A DNA stretch of 64,000 nt. It comes from an uncultured Planctomycetota bacterium (GTDB lineage Bacteria; Planctomycetota; Planctomycetia; Isosphaerales; Isosphaeraceae). The position numbers and the translations under genes were made by a program. Shown here piece by piece: positions 8,045-18,626 of the stretch; the first letter of the stretch is position 1, and every line of letters begins with the position of its first letter. The stretch is taken from contig CAWGMQ010000010.1 of NCBI GenBank assembly GCA_963823665.1, positions 2,432,001-2,496,000 on the forward strand. Reading direction: 5' to 3'. The notes beneath the pieces were generated by a model. It saw only the letters and a list, made by a program, of their open reading frames with translations. It was not told the origin of the DNA and searched no databases.

Positions 8045-10693
8045 CTATTTCTCACATGGCAATCCCAGGATCGACCGCTCGCGGCACTCCCGGGGCCGCT
8101 TCAAGAGCCAGTGACCACATGGGACCAGCAGGGGGCGGACGATCAGTGCGTCGATCGTGATTCCGACGACGAGTGCGAAGCCGAGCTGTCTGAGGGAGCC
8201 GAGCGGGCTGAACAAGAATGACGCGAAGCTGCAAGCGGTGATCGCCGCGGCCGAAGTGATCAGCCCGCCGGTCTGGCCGACGGCGCGGATCAGAGCCTTC
8301 CTGAGTTCCCAGCGGTGCGACTCCTCGCGGAGGCGGGTCATCAGGAACACGTTGTAATCGACGCCGACGGCCACGAGCAGCACGAACAGGAAATACGGCA
8401 CTTTCCAGTCGATACCCGCGGCGCCCAACACCATGACAAATAGCAGATGCGTCGCCCCCAGCGCGAAACCATAAGTCAAGACCATTGTGGCGACCAGATT
8501 GAGGCAGACCAATGGGTCGCGCAGGGTCAGGAGAAGAACCAGGAAGACGCCCAGGGGCACAGCATACCAGCTCTGAACCTGGTCCGATCGGATCAGGGCC
8601 CTGATGTCAGCCGACTCGGCGTTCTCACCGGCGATCCGGGCCGTCACCTGGAGGCCCTCGAAGTCGCCGAGGAACACCTTGATGCGGCGGCGAAGGGTCT
8701 CCACCTGGTCCATGGCGGCGGACGAATAGATCCGGTCGACCTGGGTCAGATCGATCCGCGAGATGCGGCCGTCACTTGTGATATAGGCATCCAGGCTCCG
8801 GCGCAGCTCGGGATGGTCGCGGATGGTCTCCTCGTCGATCATGAGCCGGTTCAGTGCCCGGCGCCCGACGGGATTAGCGAGGATTGACGAAACTTCGTGT
8901 TGAGCTTGAGCGGCGCCGGAGGCGATCCGCCCGGCGCCATCGGCAGCGCGGGTCAACTCGTCGACCAGCAAGTTGCGCGGGTCGTTCGACGGCGCCACGC
9001 CCTCCGGTTCGGGCGACCGCCAACCTCCGGCCTGCATCGCTCCCCACGCGCGCCTCAGACTCGACGCGAGCGCCGCGCGCGTTGTGTCCGACGACCCGTT
9101 TAGCGGTATCCCGGTCTGCTTTTCGAGCCACAGCAACGCGCGGAGTCTCGCAGCCCCCTCGTTCAATCCCTTCTGCAGCCGGTGTGACCCCGACTCGATC
9201 TGCAATTGTGCCGCGTTTACTGCGCGAAGGCGCTCCGAGAGTCGCGCGGCATCCATGGGCGCAGTGCTCCCCAGCGGCTGAGTCGCCGAGCGAACCTCCA
9301 GGATCCGTCGCTGCCGACCCAGGAACCGGCCGAGGTCATCGATGAGCGCCAGGCCCTCTGAGCTCCTCAGGTCGGAGTCCGACTCGAGCACGACCGCCAG
9401 CGGCGCCAGCGCTCCCGCGTCGAACTTGGTGCCGAGCCACCGCAGGTTTCTCACGGAAGTCATATCACCGGGCATCTCGGTAATCACGTCCTGGACGAAA
9501 CCCCAGCGCAGACCCAGGACCGCCAGGGGAGTCATGATCAAGATCGTCGCCAACCAGCACGCGATTGGCCTCCCCAGCGCCGCCCCCGCGATACGTGCCC
9601 ACAATCCCGATGGCGGCACCTTCAGACGCGTGAACGCGCGAGGTACGAGTCCGGCCAAGATGAGCAGCAGCGCGGGCATCAGCGTGAGGCTCGCCGCCAG
9701 CGCGATCGCCAGCCCGATCGCGACACTCGGTCCGGTGGTCGATAACAGCTTGAACCGCGTCGTCCCCATCAGCGACAGCGCGATGATCACCGTCCCGGCG
9801 CTGGTCAGAAGTGTTGACGACGACCGTTCCAGCGCCAACCGCATTGCGCGTGCGGGCTCGCCCGCCTCCCAGTGCTCGCCAAAGCGCCACGAGATGAATA
9901 GACAGAAATCCGTCCCGCATCCAAAAAGGAGCGCGACCAGGAACAACTCAACGAGCGGCGAGACCTCCCATCCGGCCATGGTGAGCCAGGCCAGGACGCT
10001 CCGAGAGATCATCAGGCTGATCCCGATCGTCACCATCGGAGCGACGGCCAGCCAGACGGAATGGAAGACGGCGAACAACACGCCAAGGAGCAAGACGACG
10101 GTGGCGACAGCCGCGCGATGGAGAGAGATCTGGACGTTGCTCATGTAGTCCCGACCGATCAGAGCATCGCCCGCCCAGCGCACCTCAAGCCCTTCCGGTA
10201 GGTCGAGCTCCGCTGCGTGGCCCTGCGACTGGAGCCAGGCGACCGCCTCGCGAGTTCCCGGGGCGACGAACGACGTGGACAGAGGCACCGCAACGAGCGT
10301 GACCGTCCCGTCCTTGCTCCTCAGACGGCCGGCGATCTCCGGCGGCGAGTCGGGCCCCAGCACGCGCAGGATCGCCTTCGGCCGATCCTCGCCCCTCAAC
10401 CGCGTCGCGAGACGCGCCACATAGCCGAGGTCGGCGGCCGACAGCCCGCCAGAGCGGTGGACCGCTGCGACCACGAGCGACTCATAGGACTGGTCTGGCC
10501 ACGCCCTGCGTAGCACCTCTCCCGCCACGAGGCTCTCGCCATCGCCCCCTACCAGATTCGCCTGGCTCTCGGCCGCGAGTGTCGTCAGATTGGGAGCGAA
10601 GTAGCCAAGCGCCCCGGCGGCCGCGACCCAGAACACAACGACCCAGACCGGCCGGCGAACGACAATCGAGCGAAAAAACAGAATCCGCATCAA
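8045..10693 (-). CDS. MMPL family (RND) transporter
   Basis: Two TM clusters with GCGTDF and AVGVDYNVFL..R.REE motifs. Confidence 0.9.
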   Translation of the reverse strand: MMRILFFRSIVVRRPVWVVVFWVAAAGALGYFAPNLTTLAAESQANLVGGDGESLVAGEVLRRAWPDQSYESLVVAAVHRSGGLSAADLGYVARLATRLRGEDRPKAILRVLGPDSPPEIAGRLRSKDGTVTLVAVPLSTSFVAPGTREAVAWLQSQGHAAELDLPEGLEVRWAGDALIGRDYMSNVQISLHRAAVATVVLLLGVLFAVFHSVWLAVAPMVTIGISLMISRSVLAWLTMAGWEVSPLVELFLVALLFGCGTDFCLFISWRFGEHWEAGEPARAMRLALERSSSTLLTSAGTVIIALSLMGTTRFKLLSTTGPSVAIGLAIALAASLTLMPALLLILAGLVPRAFTRLKVPPSGLWARIAGAALGRPIACWLATILIMTPLAVLGLRWGFVQDVITEMPGDMTSVRNLRWLGTKFDAGALAPLAVVLESDSDLRSSEGLALIDDLGRFLGRQRRILEVRSATQPLGSTAPMDAARLSERLRAVNAAQLQIESGSHRLQKGLNEGAARLRALLWLEKQTGIPLNGSSDTTRAALASSLRRAWGAMQAGGWRSPEPEGVAPSNDPRNLLVDELTRAADGAGRIASGAAQAQHEVSSILANPVGRRALNRLMIDEETIRDHPELRRSLDAYITSDGRISRIDLTQVDRIYSSAAMDQVETLRRRIKVFLGDFEGLQVTARIAGENAESADIRALIRSDQVQSWYAVPLGVFLVLLLTLRDPLVCLNLVATMVLTYGFALGATHLLFVMVLGAAGIDWKVPYFLFVLLVAVGVDYNVFLMTRLREESHRWELRKALIRAVGQTGGLITSAAAITACSFASFLFSPLGSLRQLGFALVVGITIDALIVRPLLVPCGHWLLKRPRECRERSILGLPCEK

Positions 10694-10738
10694 TGGGAAT
10701 TCCTCCGACCAGCAGTTGCCCCAGTCGAGGTGCGCTCC

Positions 10739-10972
10739 TCAGTTTTCCTTGAAGATGGCCTCCCAGATTGCCAGCTTGTGCTGCACGTAGCCACGCAAGT
10801 CGTCACCATTGGCCACCATGACGTCGAGGAGGCTCCGATCGTGGGCGTGTGATGCCAGTACGAGCTCGGTCATTTCTCGATCGGCGCCCATGTCCACGCA
10901 CGCTCTGCGGATTTGCGCAAACTCGTCTCTCCTGGTGCGCGACTCGTCGGACTTGCGAATAATTGTTTGCAT
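10739..10972 (-). CDS. Hypothetical protein
   Basis: In-operon ORF MQTIIRKS..; start uncertain (could be 11129). Confidence 0.45.
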   Translation of the reverse strand: MQTIIRKSDESRTRRDEFAQIRRACVDMGADREMTELVLASHAHDRSLLDVMVANGDDLRGYVQHKLAIWEAIFKEN

Positions 10973-11073
10973 TGAGCAACCGGAAGTGGGAGGCAAGGAC
11001 CGCGCGACGGGAATCACGCGACGACGGCGGTTCGTCCACCGGTAGGTCAGCGAGCCCAACACATCGGTCCAGA

Positions 11074-11940
11074 TCATGCCGGCGCGGAAGAGGATGCCGC
11101 GGGAACCGACTTTGACATAGAACGCCATGAGCGTTGCCCTCGAGGATTGTGAACGGTGACTTCGGAGAGGACGAGCTGCGCGTCGACCCCGGCGATCACC
11201 GGAGGTGAATGTCGCCCGTCGCAGATGCTGCTGCGACCGGCGAACCGATCGTCGATCTGCTGGGTCAGCCGCAGGCCGAACATCGGGATCGTCGTGCGGG
11301 TCGCGCCGCACTGATTCACGCAGATGACCGGTACGTCCAGATCCTGTGCGACCTTGACAGGGATCTCGGCCGACAAGGGGCCGAGGCGACCGAACAGCCA
11401 GTGCTTGCGTCCGCTGTGGCGGCATGCGAACTCGGGCCACGCGGAGGCGATCACCCCCAGGTCGATCTGGCCGCGATAGCCATCCCAGACATTGCAGTAA
11501 ATCATGTCGGCACAGATGGCCAGGCCGATCCGGCCCCACGGTGTGGGGACGATCAGCGGCGATCGCCCGGGGTGGAAGCGAAACCGCTCCCAGAAGACCA
11601 GGTGCCGCTTACGGTAGATATGGATCGAGCCATCGGGCAGGCACAGCGCCAGCGCGTCGTATAGGTGCCGGCCATCGTGCTCGACGAAGCCGGCTGCGAT
11701 CCCCATCCGCCAGTGGCGGCTGCGACCGCATAAGTACCGCAGTGTCGGCCCGTCGGTCCTTTCCGCGCTGGGCCGGAAATCGGGGAGCAGCCCGTAGCCG
11801 GTGTTGAACATCTCCGGCAGCACCGCCAGCTCCGCGCCGGCGTGACTCGCTTCGCCCAGAGCGATGTCGGCTCGCTCGAGATTGGCGGAAATCTGCAACA
11901 GCTCAGCCGGCATCTGCACCGCGGCGACCATCATCTTCAT
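11074..11940 (-). CDS. Carbon-nitrogen hydrolase (nitrilase superfamily)
   Basis: Catalytic E-K-C motifs: LPEMF, YRKRH, ICAD. Confidence 0.88.
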   Translation of the reverse strand: MKMMVAAVQMPAELLQISANLERADIALGEASHAGAELAVLPEMFNTGYGLLPDFRPSAERTDGPTLRYLCGRSRHWRMGIAAGFVEHDGRHLYDALALCLPDGSIHIYRKRHLVFWERFRFHPGRSPLIVPTPWGRIGLAICADMIYCNVWDGYRGQIDLGVIASAWPEFACRHSGRKHWLFGRLGPLSAEIPVKVAQDLDVPVICVNQCGATRTTIPMFGLRLTQQIDDRFAGRSSICDGRHSPPVIAGVDAQLVLSEVTVHNPRGQRSWRSMSKSVPAASSSAPA

Positions 11941-12677
11941 CTCAGTCCGGCTCCGATCCGGGGGGCGCCGAAGCTACGGGCGTTCGAACGCTGGCCGGGC
12001 GTCGCATGCGAGCGGGTCACTCCTTCGGTCAGAAGGAAAGGGGCCGCGCCGCGATGGACATTCTGGCTCGTCTGGACGAATCCAGCCCGGCCGAACAGGT
12101 CGCGCACCCTTCGGGCCGAGGCGTGCAGGACTTCCCCCTCCACTCCGGCGACACAGACGTCATAGATGAACCATCCCCAGAGACCGTCGCGATAGCCGTC
12201 GACCAGGAACAACCGTCCCCCGGGTTTGAGGACGCGGAACATCTCCGCGACGGCACAGTCCTGGTGCGGATAGTGGTGGAAGCTGTTGGCGCACGTCACC
12301 ACGTCGAAAGCGCCGGCTGGGAACGGGAGGCGCTCACTGTCCCCCTGGACCGCGAGGAGGTGTTCCGGATCCGATCGCCACCGCGCTTTGCCCTGGGCCA
12401 GCATCGCGGAGACGAGGTCGACCCCCCAGACCGTGGACCGCGGCACGGCCGCCCTGATCCTGGAGGCGAACACGCCGGTGCCGCAGCCTACGTCCAGGAT
12501 CGCTACAGGCTGCTCGCCGCATCGAGCCCTCACCCGAGCGATGATCGCCCGGTGTGACGGACCGAACAGCAGCCGCTGCAGGATGCAGCGGTCATAGCCT
12601 CGACTCCAGTGGGCAAACTCCCCGGCGGCTTGGATCTTGGTGTATGACATCGGTTCCTCCCGGATGAGCTTGATCAT
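11937..12677 (-). CDS. Class I SAM-dependent methyltransferase
   Basis: LDVGCGTG, GDSERLPF, RVLKPGG. Confidence 0.9.
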   Translation of the reverse strand: MIKLIREEPMSYTKIQAAGEFAHWSRGYDRCILQRLLFGPSHRAIIARVRARCGEQPVAILDVGCGTGVFASRIRAAVPRSTVWGVDLVSAMLAQGKARWRSDPEHLLAVQGDSERLPFPAGAFDVVTCANSFHHYPHQDCAVAEMFRVLKPGGRLFLVDGYRDGLWGWFIYDVCVAGVEGEVLHASARRVRDLFGRAGFVQTSQNVHRGAAPFLLTEGVTRSHATPGQRSNARSFGAPRIGAGLR

Positions 12678-12690
12678 CCGTTACCAACGC

Positions 12691-12802
12691 AAACAAGAAA
12701 GCCGGCGTGGTCGAACACCCGAAGGTATTCGACCACGCCGGCTTACTCGTCAACAGGCCCACCGGCAAAGCCGGGTTGCCCTTCCTCAAGTCGTCCGACG
12801 AC
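12691..12802 (-). promoter_or_regulatory. Structured leader/attenuator copy 6 (upstream of methyltransferase-nitrilase-MMPL)
   Basis: Core, terminator with cUUCGg loop; promoter TTGCTA-N16-GACAAT at 12894-12867. Confidence 0.85.
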
Positions 12803-13189
12803 ATCCGCTCATGTTTTGGTGGGATTTGCCCGCTTGCTCATCAAGCAGGCCGTGCGCCCAATTCCTATTGTCCTCTTCGGAGCGTGAATAGCAATAGCAT
12901 TTCGGCTTTTTCTCACATGAAAAGCCCCAGATCCAATATCGCCGGGTCAGGCCGTCACAATCGCCCGCCGAGTTAGCCACTTCAGCAGCATCTTCGGGAC
13001 GGTGTATTACAGCCCCGCGTAGATCGACAACGCCGCCAGGAGACCCAGGAACGCCAGCGCGAAGGCGACTCCCGCCAAGGTGCCGAGCATCGGGTGGGTC
13101 AGTGCGGTCGCGAGGAGACGGCCCGTCGATTGGCCTTCGCAGCCGGCGCGTGTAGAGCGTTTCTTTCCATCGCATCGGGTTGCCTCATC

Positions 13190-14917
13190 TCAAAACGCTC
13201 GGGTTAGAGTCTCTCTCGGATGATCCCTTCGCAACTTCCCAACTCCCGCGAGCCCGACGCGACCGAGAACCTCAACCCCCACGATGGAGATGTCGTCGTG
13301 AGCACTCGCCGCGCCGCGCCACCGTTCGACCTCGCCCACCACGGCGACGACGCTCTCCTCAAGTGGCACGGAACGGGCGCGGCCGATCGCCTTCAGCAGC
13401 CGGGCATCGCCGAACATCGCACGGGCGGGGTCCATCATATCGGTAACGCCGTCCGAGTAGAGGTACAGCCTGTCCCCGGGCGCCAGCCGGACGCACCGCT
13501 CCTCGAAGACGTCGTCCGCCAGACCGATCGGGAACCCCGGGCCTTCCAGGATCACCGGAGGTGACCCGGCGGGGACGAGTACCGGGCCGGGGTGGCCGGC
13601 GGAGACGTAGCGAAACTCCCCCGCCCTCACGTCCAGCACGCCGTAGATGATCGTGGCGAACTGCTCGGTCGTCTCGTTGTAGGGGAAGAGCTGGTTCAGG
13701 CGGTCCGCAACCTCGGCGGGGGGAGTGATCGCGGGCCGATCCGGGACGCCCGCGTCCCGGGTCAGGATCGAGGACGGCTCCGACGGAGAGGACAGGACAC
13801 GACTCAGTGCCATGGCCAGAAGGGCCGACGCGACGCCATGGCCGCTGACGTCCAAGATGTACAGCCCGACCTTGCCATCGCCGAGCGAGATGACGTTCAG
13901 GCCGTCGCCGCCCAGTTCGTCGCAGGGCCGATAAATCCAGGCGAAGGCCGCGCCCGGCACGCGGGGCAGCTCGTGAGGCAGGAACGTCTCCTGGATCTTG
14001 GCCGCCGCCTGCAGGTCGCGTGACATCCGATCGTGGACGAGCGCCAGTCGCGCATTGATCTCGTCTTTCTGGCGTTCAGCTTCGTGGAGAACCCTTTCGG
14101 TCCGCTTGCGGTCGGTGATGTCTTCGACGGCCAGGAGAATCGCCTCAAATCCCCCTCCGGGGGGAAAACCGCGGGCGTTGAGCAGCATCGTCTTCGGGCC
14201 GATATGGCTGAAATCGTGTTCCACCTCGAAATCATCGAACGAGAAGTGCAGTGGCAGTATTTCCTCGAGCAGCGTTCTTAACGCCGGGATGTTCCACTGC
14301 CCATTGCCCAATTCGTAGATGGACCTGCCTTCGGTCTCGGTGGGTTCGACCTTGAACGTCTCGTAGAAAGCGCGATTTGCCGACCGGACGCGAAGCTCCG
14401 GATCGAGGACCAGCAGCGGCTCTCGCACCGTCGCCACGATGCTCTCGGCATATTCCCTGGCCGATTCGATAAGTTGCTCGGCTTCTCTCCGTTCGGTGAT
14501 GTCCCGAAAGATGAGGACCACCCCGACGACATTCCCCCGGTCATCTTTGATCGGCGCTGCGCAGTCGTCGATGGGTCGCTTGCTGCCGTCTCTGGCGATG
14601 AGCAGAGCATGTTCGCCGAGCTCGACGGTGAGCCCTCGCTGGATCACTTTCCGGACCGGTTGCTGGAACGGCTTCCCCGTCGTCTCATGGACGATGTGAA
14701 AGACGCTCTCGATCTCTTCTCCGACCGCGTCGGCGAGCGACCATCCGGTCAGCTTCTCGGCCACTGGATTGAGATAGTTCACGCGGCCCCCCGGGTCAGC
14801 GGCAATCACTCCGTCGCCGATGCAAGAGAGTGTAATCTGGAACCACTCACGGCCGGCGACGCCCGCGTTCCCTGCCAGTTCAGCTTCCGGGTTGCTCTGC
14901 GTGTGCGAAAGGCTCAT
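13190..14917 (-). CDS. PAS-PAS-SpoIIE/PP2C phosphatase (RsbU/RsbP-like)
   Basis: Two PAS domains; GGD, DVSGHG, SAGH, SDG and DD PP2C motifs. Confidence 0.9.
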   Translation of the reverse strand: MSLSHTQSNPEAELAGNAGVAGREWFQITLSCIGDGVIAADPGGRVNYLNPVAEKLTGWSLADAVGEEIESVFHIVHETTGKPFQQPVRKVIQRGLTVELGEHALLIARDGSKRPIDDCAAPIKDDRGNVVGVVLIFRDITERREAEQLIESAREYAESIVATVREPLLVLDPELRVRSANRAFYETFKVEPTETEGRSIYELGNGQWNIPALRTLLEEILPLHFSFDDFEVEHDFSHIGPKTMLLNARGFPPGGGFEAILLAVEDITDRKRTERVLHEAERQKDEINARLALVHDRMSRDLQAAAKIQETFLPHELPRVPGAAFAWIYRPCDELGGDGLNVISLGDGKVGLYILDVSGHGVASALLAMALSRVLSSPSEPSSILTRDAGVPDRPAITPPAEVADRLNQLFPYNETTEQFATIIYGVLDVRAGEFRYVSAGHPGPVLVPAGSPPVILEGPGFPIGLADDVFEERCVRLAPGDRLYLYSDGVTDMMDPARAMFGDARLLKAIGRARSVPLEESVVAVVGEVERWRGAASAHDDISIVGVEVLGRVGLAGVGKLRRDHPRETLTRAF

Positions 14918-14927
14918 GATCCCCGTC

Positions 14928-16055
14928 TCACGGTCTTGCGTGCACGGCGCACGGCCCAGACACGGTCGAAACAGACGGCTTCGTCTCAGTCCGGCGCGAA
15001 GGCCGGGGCACTGAGGCCGGTCGACCATTCTCGGGTGCTGAGTCCACGGTTCTGGTCGTCGCCTCGATCGGGTCGTGGTTCGAGATCGCTTTGGAATGAG
15101 ACATGGGTGTCGGCCTCGTTGAAAGAAGCTTCCCCCTCTGCTGTGGCCCGGGCGCCCGTTGCTGAGACTGTAGCGGGTTCGACACCTTCTCGGCCCGCGG
15201 CTCACCGGATGCCGCTGGGACGCGGACCGTTCGCAAGTCGCTGGCCGCCCGCTCGACGTATCCGGGCGCGTAGGTCGGCGGGACCACGGTCGTGAGCTGC
15301 TTCGCTGACCAGATCCCGTGCCGCTCGTTGCCGGGGAAGTAGACGAGCGTGTCGAATGTGAACGGATTCTCCAGCACGTAATGTGAGGCGAGCATCATGC
15401 CGAACATGCAACACGGGAAGTCGGCGGCACGCTCCATGTCGCCGAGCCGGATCGGCTTCGAAAGCTCGATCCCCGCCGCCATGAACGCCTTCTGAGTCAT
15501 CTCGACGCAGTAGAGGGCCGTGTCATCGAGGCACAGCTCGTAATCGAAGGGAACCTGGTCCTGGTAAACCTTGCGGCAATACGCCAGGACTTTGGGGATG
15601 GCGCCGAGGAACTCGGGCTGCAGGCGCTTCACGCCGATGTAACCCACGTTGTCAAGGACCCAGACGCACCACGGCTGTCGAGCGCCGGCCGGGCGCGTCA
15701 TGTCGTAGACGACCGGGCCTTCCTTCTCGAACGCGATGATGCCGGTGTGCGAGAACCGGCTGTTGCTGCAATTCGCGACGAACCGGCTAAACGGAAAGTA
15801 GCCGTGGAGCAATCGGGCATCGCCCGCGCGGAAGACGATGTCGCCGTCGCGGAGCACCTGGCGGCCCCATCGGTCCCAGCGCGCCATATCGGGCGTGATG
15901 ACGATGGGCGGCAACTTCCCCTCATCGCGGGCCGTGGTGGCCAACGGACCCCAGTAGCTCCCCGCGAAGCCGGGCGGCGCCATCCGCTCGCTCATTTCAC
16001 GTTCTTCGGGGGGAAACGCCATCAACGAGACGAGCCAAAGGACGATTCCAGACAT
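14928..16055 (-). CDS. YiiX/YebB-like permuted papain (NlpC/P60) protein with a chimeric C-terminal tail
   Basis: LRDGDIVFR, FSHTGI, LYCVE motifs; tail derives from the 18.6-19.1 kb duplication. Confidence 0.75.
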   Translation of the reverse strand: MSGIVLWLVSLMAFPPEEREMSERMAPPGFAGSYWGPLATTARDEGKLPPIVITPDMARWDRWGRQVLRDGDIVFRAGDARLLHGYFPFSRFVANCSNSRFSHTGIIAFEKEGPVVYDMTRPAGARQPWCVWVLDNVGYIGVKRLQPEFLGAIPKVLAYCRKVYQDQVPFDYELCLDDTALYCVEMTQKAFMAAGIELSKPIRLGDMERAADFPCCMFGMMLASHYVLENPFTFDTLVYFPGNERHGIWSAKQLTTVVPPTYAPGYVERAASDLRTVRVPAASGEPRAEKVSNPLQSQQRAPGPQQRGKLLSTRPTPMSHSKAISNHDPIEATTRTVDSAPENGRPASVPRPSRRTETKPSVSTVSGPCAVHARP

Positions 16056-16107
16056 GAGCCGTAAGCCTCGATTCTTGTCCTTGATAGCCGCCGGTGTCGG
16101 ATCGTTG

Positions 16108-16216
16108 AAAAAAAAAGCCGGCGTGGTCGAGGACCCCCAGGTCCGCGACCACGCCGGCTTACTCTAGGACGAACCGCCCGGCATGGCCGGGCTGCCCTTC
16201 ACTTAGTCATCCGACA
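16108..16216 (-). promoter_or_regulatory. Structured leader/attenuator copy 7
   Basis: Subfamily B core (GUCGGAUGAC), terminator, U9; promoter TTGCTT-N18-TATCAT at 16313-16284. Confidence 0.85.
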
Positions 16217-16509
16217 AATTCAAATCATTTCCGGAAGTCGACGTGCGGTTGTCGCATATCAACACCCACCAAGAACATCTACGATGATACGCGCTGGGAC
16301 GAGAGAAAAGCAAATCTCTTGAGTCTTTATGACCAAAAATCGATCCGGACACTGCGGTCCCGATACCAGTAACAGCGGTCCAGAAAGCAACAATCGTCCT
16401 CGAGCCGCCAGAACACGGTAGCATTTGCCGCGCCGTGGGCCGCGTTCTAAGCGCGTTTGGCACGGAGGATGCTGGCAATTGAACCCGACATCTAGCCGGC
16501 CTGCAAGGA

Positions 16510-18575
16510 ATGCCTCACCAAATGCCCGATGAACGTCGACATGGCCACTTACAAAGCCGAGTTCCTCTGGCACTACCATGGCCGGCCGTCGGGATGGGCC
16601 TGCCATCACCGGGAGAACGGCGACGTCCGGCAAGCACCGGCAAGCCTGGTGTCACTCCGCATTGGGCTTCCAGCGCGAAGGACGGCGTCGGTACCGCACT
16701 CGGCCCGAATACGCATTCCACGAGCTTGGTCTGGTTCACCCTGGGCCACGGCATTCTGACCGAGATTTTCTACCCTCGCATTGACCGGGCATGTACCCGC
16801 GACCTCGGCCTCATCGTCACCGACGGCAAAAACTTCTTCTCGGACGAAAAGGTTGACACCGAGCACCGCGTCGAATACCCGGTCGAGGGTGTTCCCTTAT
16901 ATCGGTTGATCAACATCTGCCGGCAGGGCCGGTATCGGATCGAAAAGACAACCTTCGCCCACCCTCACCAGGACGCCGTCCTCCAGATCACTCAGTTCAC
17001 GGCGATTGAAGGGCGAATCGAGGACTACCATCTGTACGTGGTCTTGGCGCCGCACCTCGGGAACCGGGGGGCGGGCAATTCCGCATGGCTGGGCGATCAC
17101 CGGGGGGTGCCGATGCTGTTTGCTCGCCGCGGCGGCCAGGCACTGGCCCTGGCGTGCTCGGCACCCTGGATCAGGGGCTCGGCCGGGTACGTCGGGGCTT
17201 CCGACGGCTATGAGGATCTGGCGCGGAGCAAGCAGATGACCTGCGAATACGACCGGGCCGAGGATGGCAACGTCGCGCTTACGGGCGAGGTGGACATCAC
17301 CTGAGTTGGACCGGTATCCAGCTCGGGGAGACCGCCTTGCCCCTCCTGCTCCTCGACCTGCTTCGTCGCCATGACGGGCTTCCTCACGAGGATGTTCCGC
17401 GGTTCTGGCCCATGGTCCGGCGCACCGCCGGCTCCATCGTTCGGAGCGGTCCCTCGACCGCGCAAGACCGCGGGGAGAACGAACCGGGATATACCCCCTT
17501 CACGCTGGCGGCCGCGATCGCCGCGCTGTTGATCGCCGGCGAACTGGCCGATGAAAAGGGTGAGAGCACCGTAGGCGCCTACCTTCGGGAAACGGCTGAC
17601 GCCTGGAACGCCGCCATCGAGAGCTGGCTCTATATCACGGGCACCGATCTGGCCCGCCGGCTCGGGGTCGAAGGGTACTACGCGCGGGGTATCCCGCCCG
17701 CGCTAGATCACGAATCCACACCCCGCCTCGGCCACGTGACGATGACGCAGACGACCCCCACCAAGAACGGAACCGCAGTCACCGAAATCGTCAGCGTCGA
17801 CGCACTCGCGCTGGTCCGGTTCGGCCTGCGCGCGCCCGACGACCAGAGGATCGTCAATACCGTCAAGGTCATCGACGCCCTCCTCAAGGTCGAGACTCCT
17901 CGCGGGCCCTACTGGCGCCGCTACAATGGCGACATTTATGGGGAGAAGGCGGACGGTTCCCCCTACGATGGCAAGCCCGACGGGATCGGACGCGCCTGGC
18001 CGCTGCTGACCGGCGAGCGCGCCCACTTCGAGCTGGAGGCGGGACGTAAGCAGGAGGCGATCAGCCTCTTGCACGCCATGGAATCCCTCGCCGGCGACAG
18101 TGGGATGATCCCCGAGCAGGTCTGGGACTCAGGCGACATTCCCGAGCGCGGCCTCTTCAAGGGGAGACCATCAGGCTCGGCCATGCCCCTGGCCTGGGCC
18201 CACGCCGAGTATGTCAAGCTGCTGCGCTCGATCCAGGACGGCCGCACGTTCGACCGTCCTCCCCAGACGGTGCGGCGGTACCGGCAGCAGAAGGTGGGCT
18301 CCCACCTGGCTGGCTGGCGGTTCGACTACCCGCGCCGGGTGATCTCGCCGGGCGAGGTGCTGCGAGTGGAAACGCTGGCGGCAGCCGTGGTGCACTGGAG
18401 CACGGACGCCTGGAAGACGAGCCACGATTCCCCGATGCGCGACACCGGCCTGGGCATCTACGTCGCCGACCTCGACACCGCTCGGCTGAAGAGTCGCGAC
18501 ACGATCGAGATGACGTTCCACTGGTCCGATCCCGACCGTTGGGAGGGGAAGAATATCACCGTGGTCGTGGTTTGA
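16510..18575 (+). pseudogene. Glucoamylase/glucodextranase (GH15) pseudogene
   Basis: N-domain stops at 17304 and resumes in another frame at WTGIQLGETA; the WPRD segment is missing; PEQVWD and SAMPLAWAHAEY are retained. Confidence 0.85.
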
Positions 18576-18626
18576 CCCAGCGGGCCGTGCGCTGGCTAGC
18601 CACGTTGCTTGGCGCTTGCGAAAAGC

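Noticed and set aside
12972..13190. Possible small membrane protein (..MLGTLAGVAFALAFLGLLAALSIYAGL*)
   Set aside because: No clear start or RBS and no family recognised; too weak to call.
14110..14465. PAS domain similar to the one at 21720-22075 as a recent duplication
   Set aside because: Similarity is mainly at protein level, and this GNGQW-type PAS is common in sensors.
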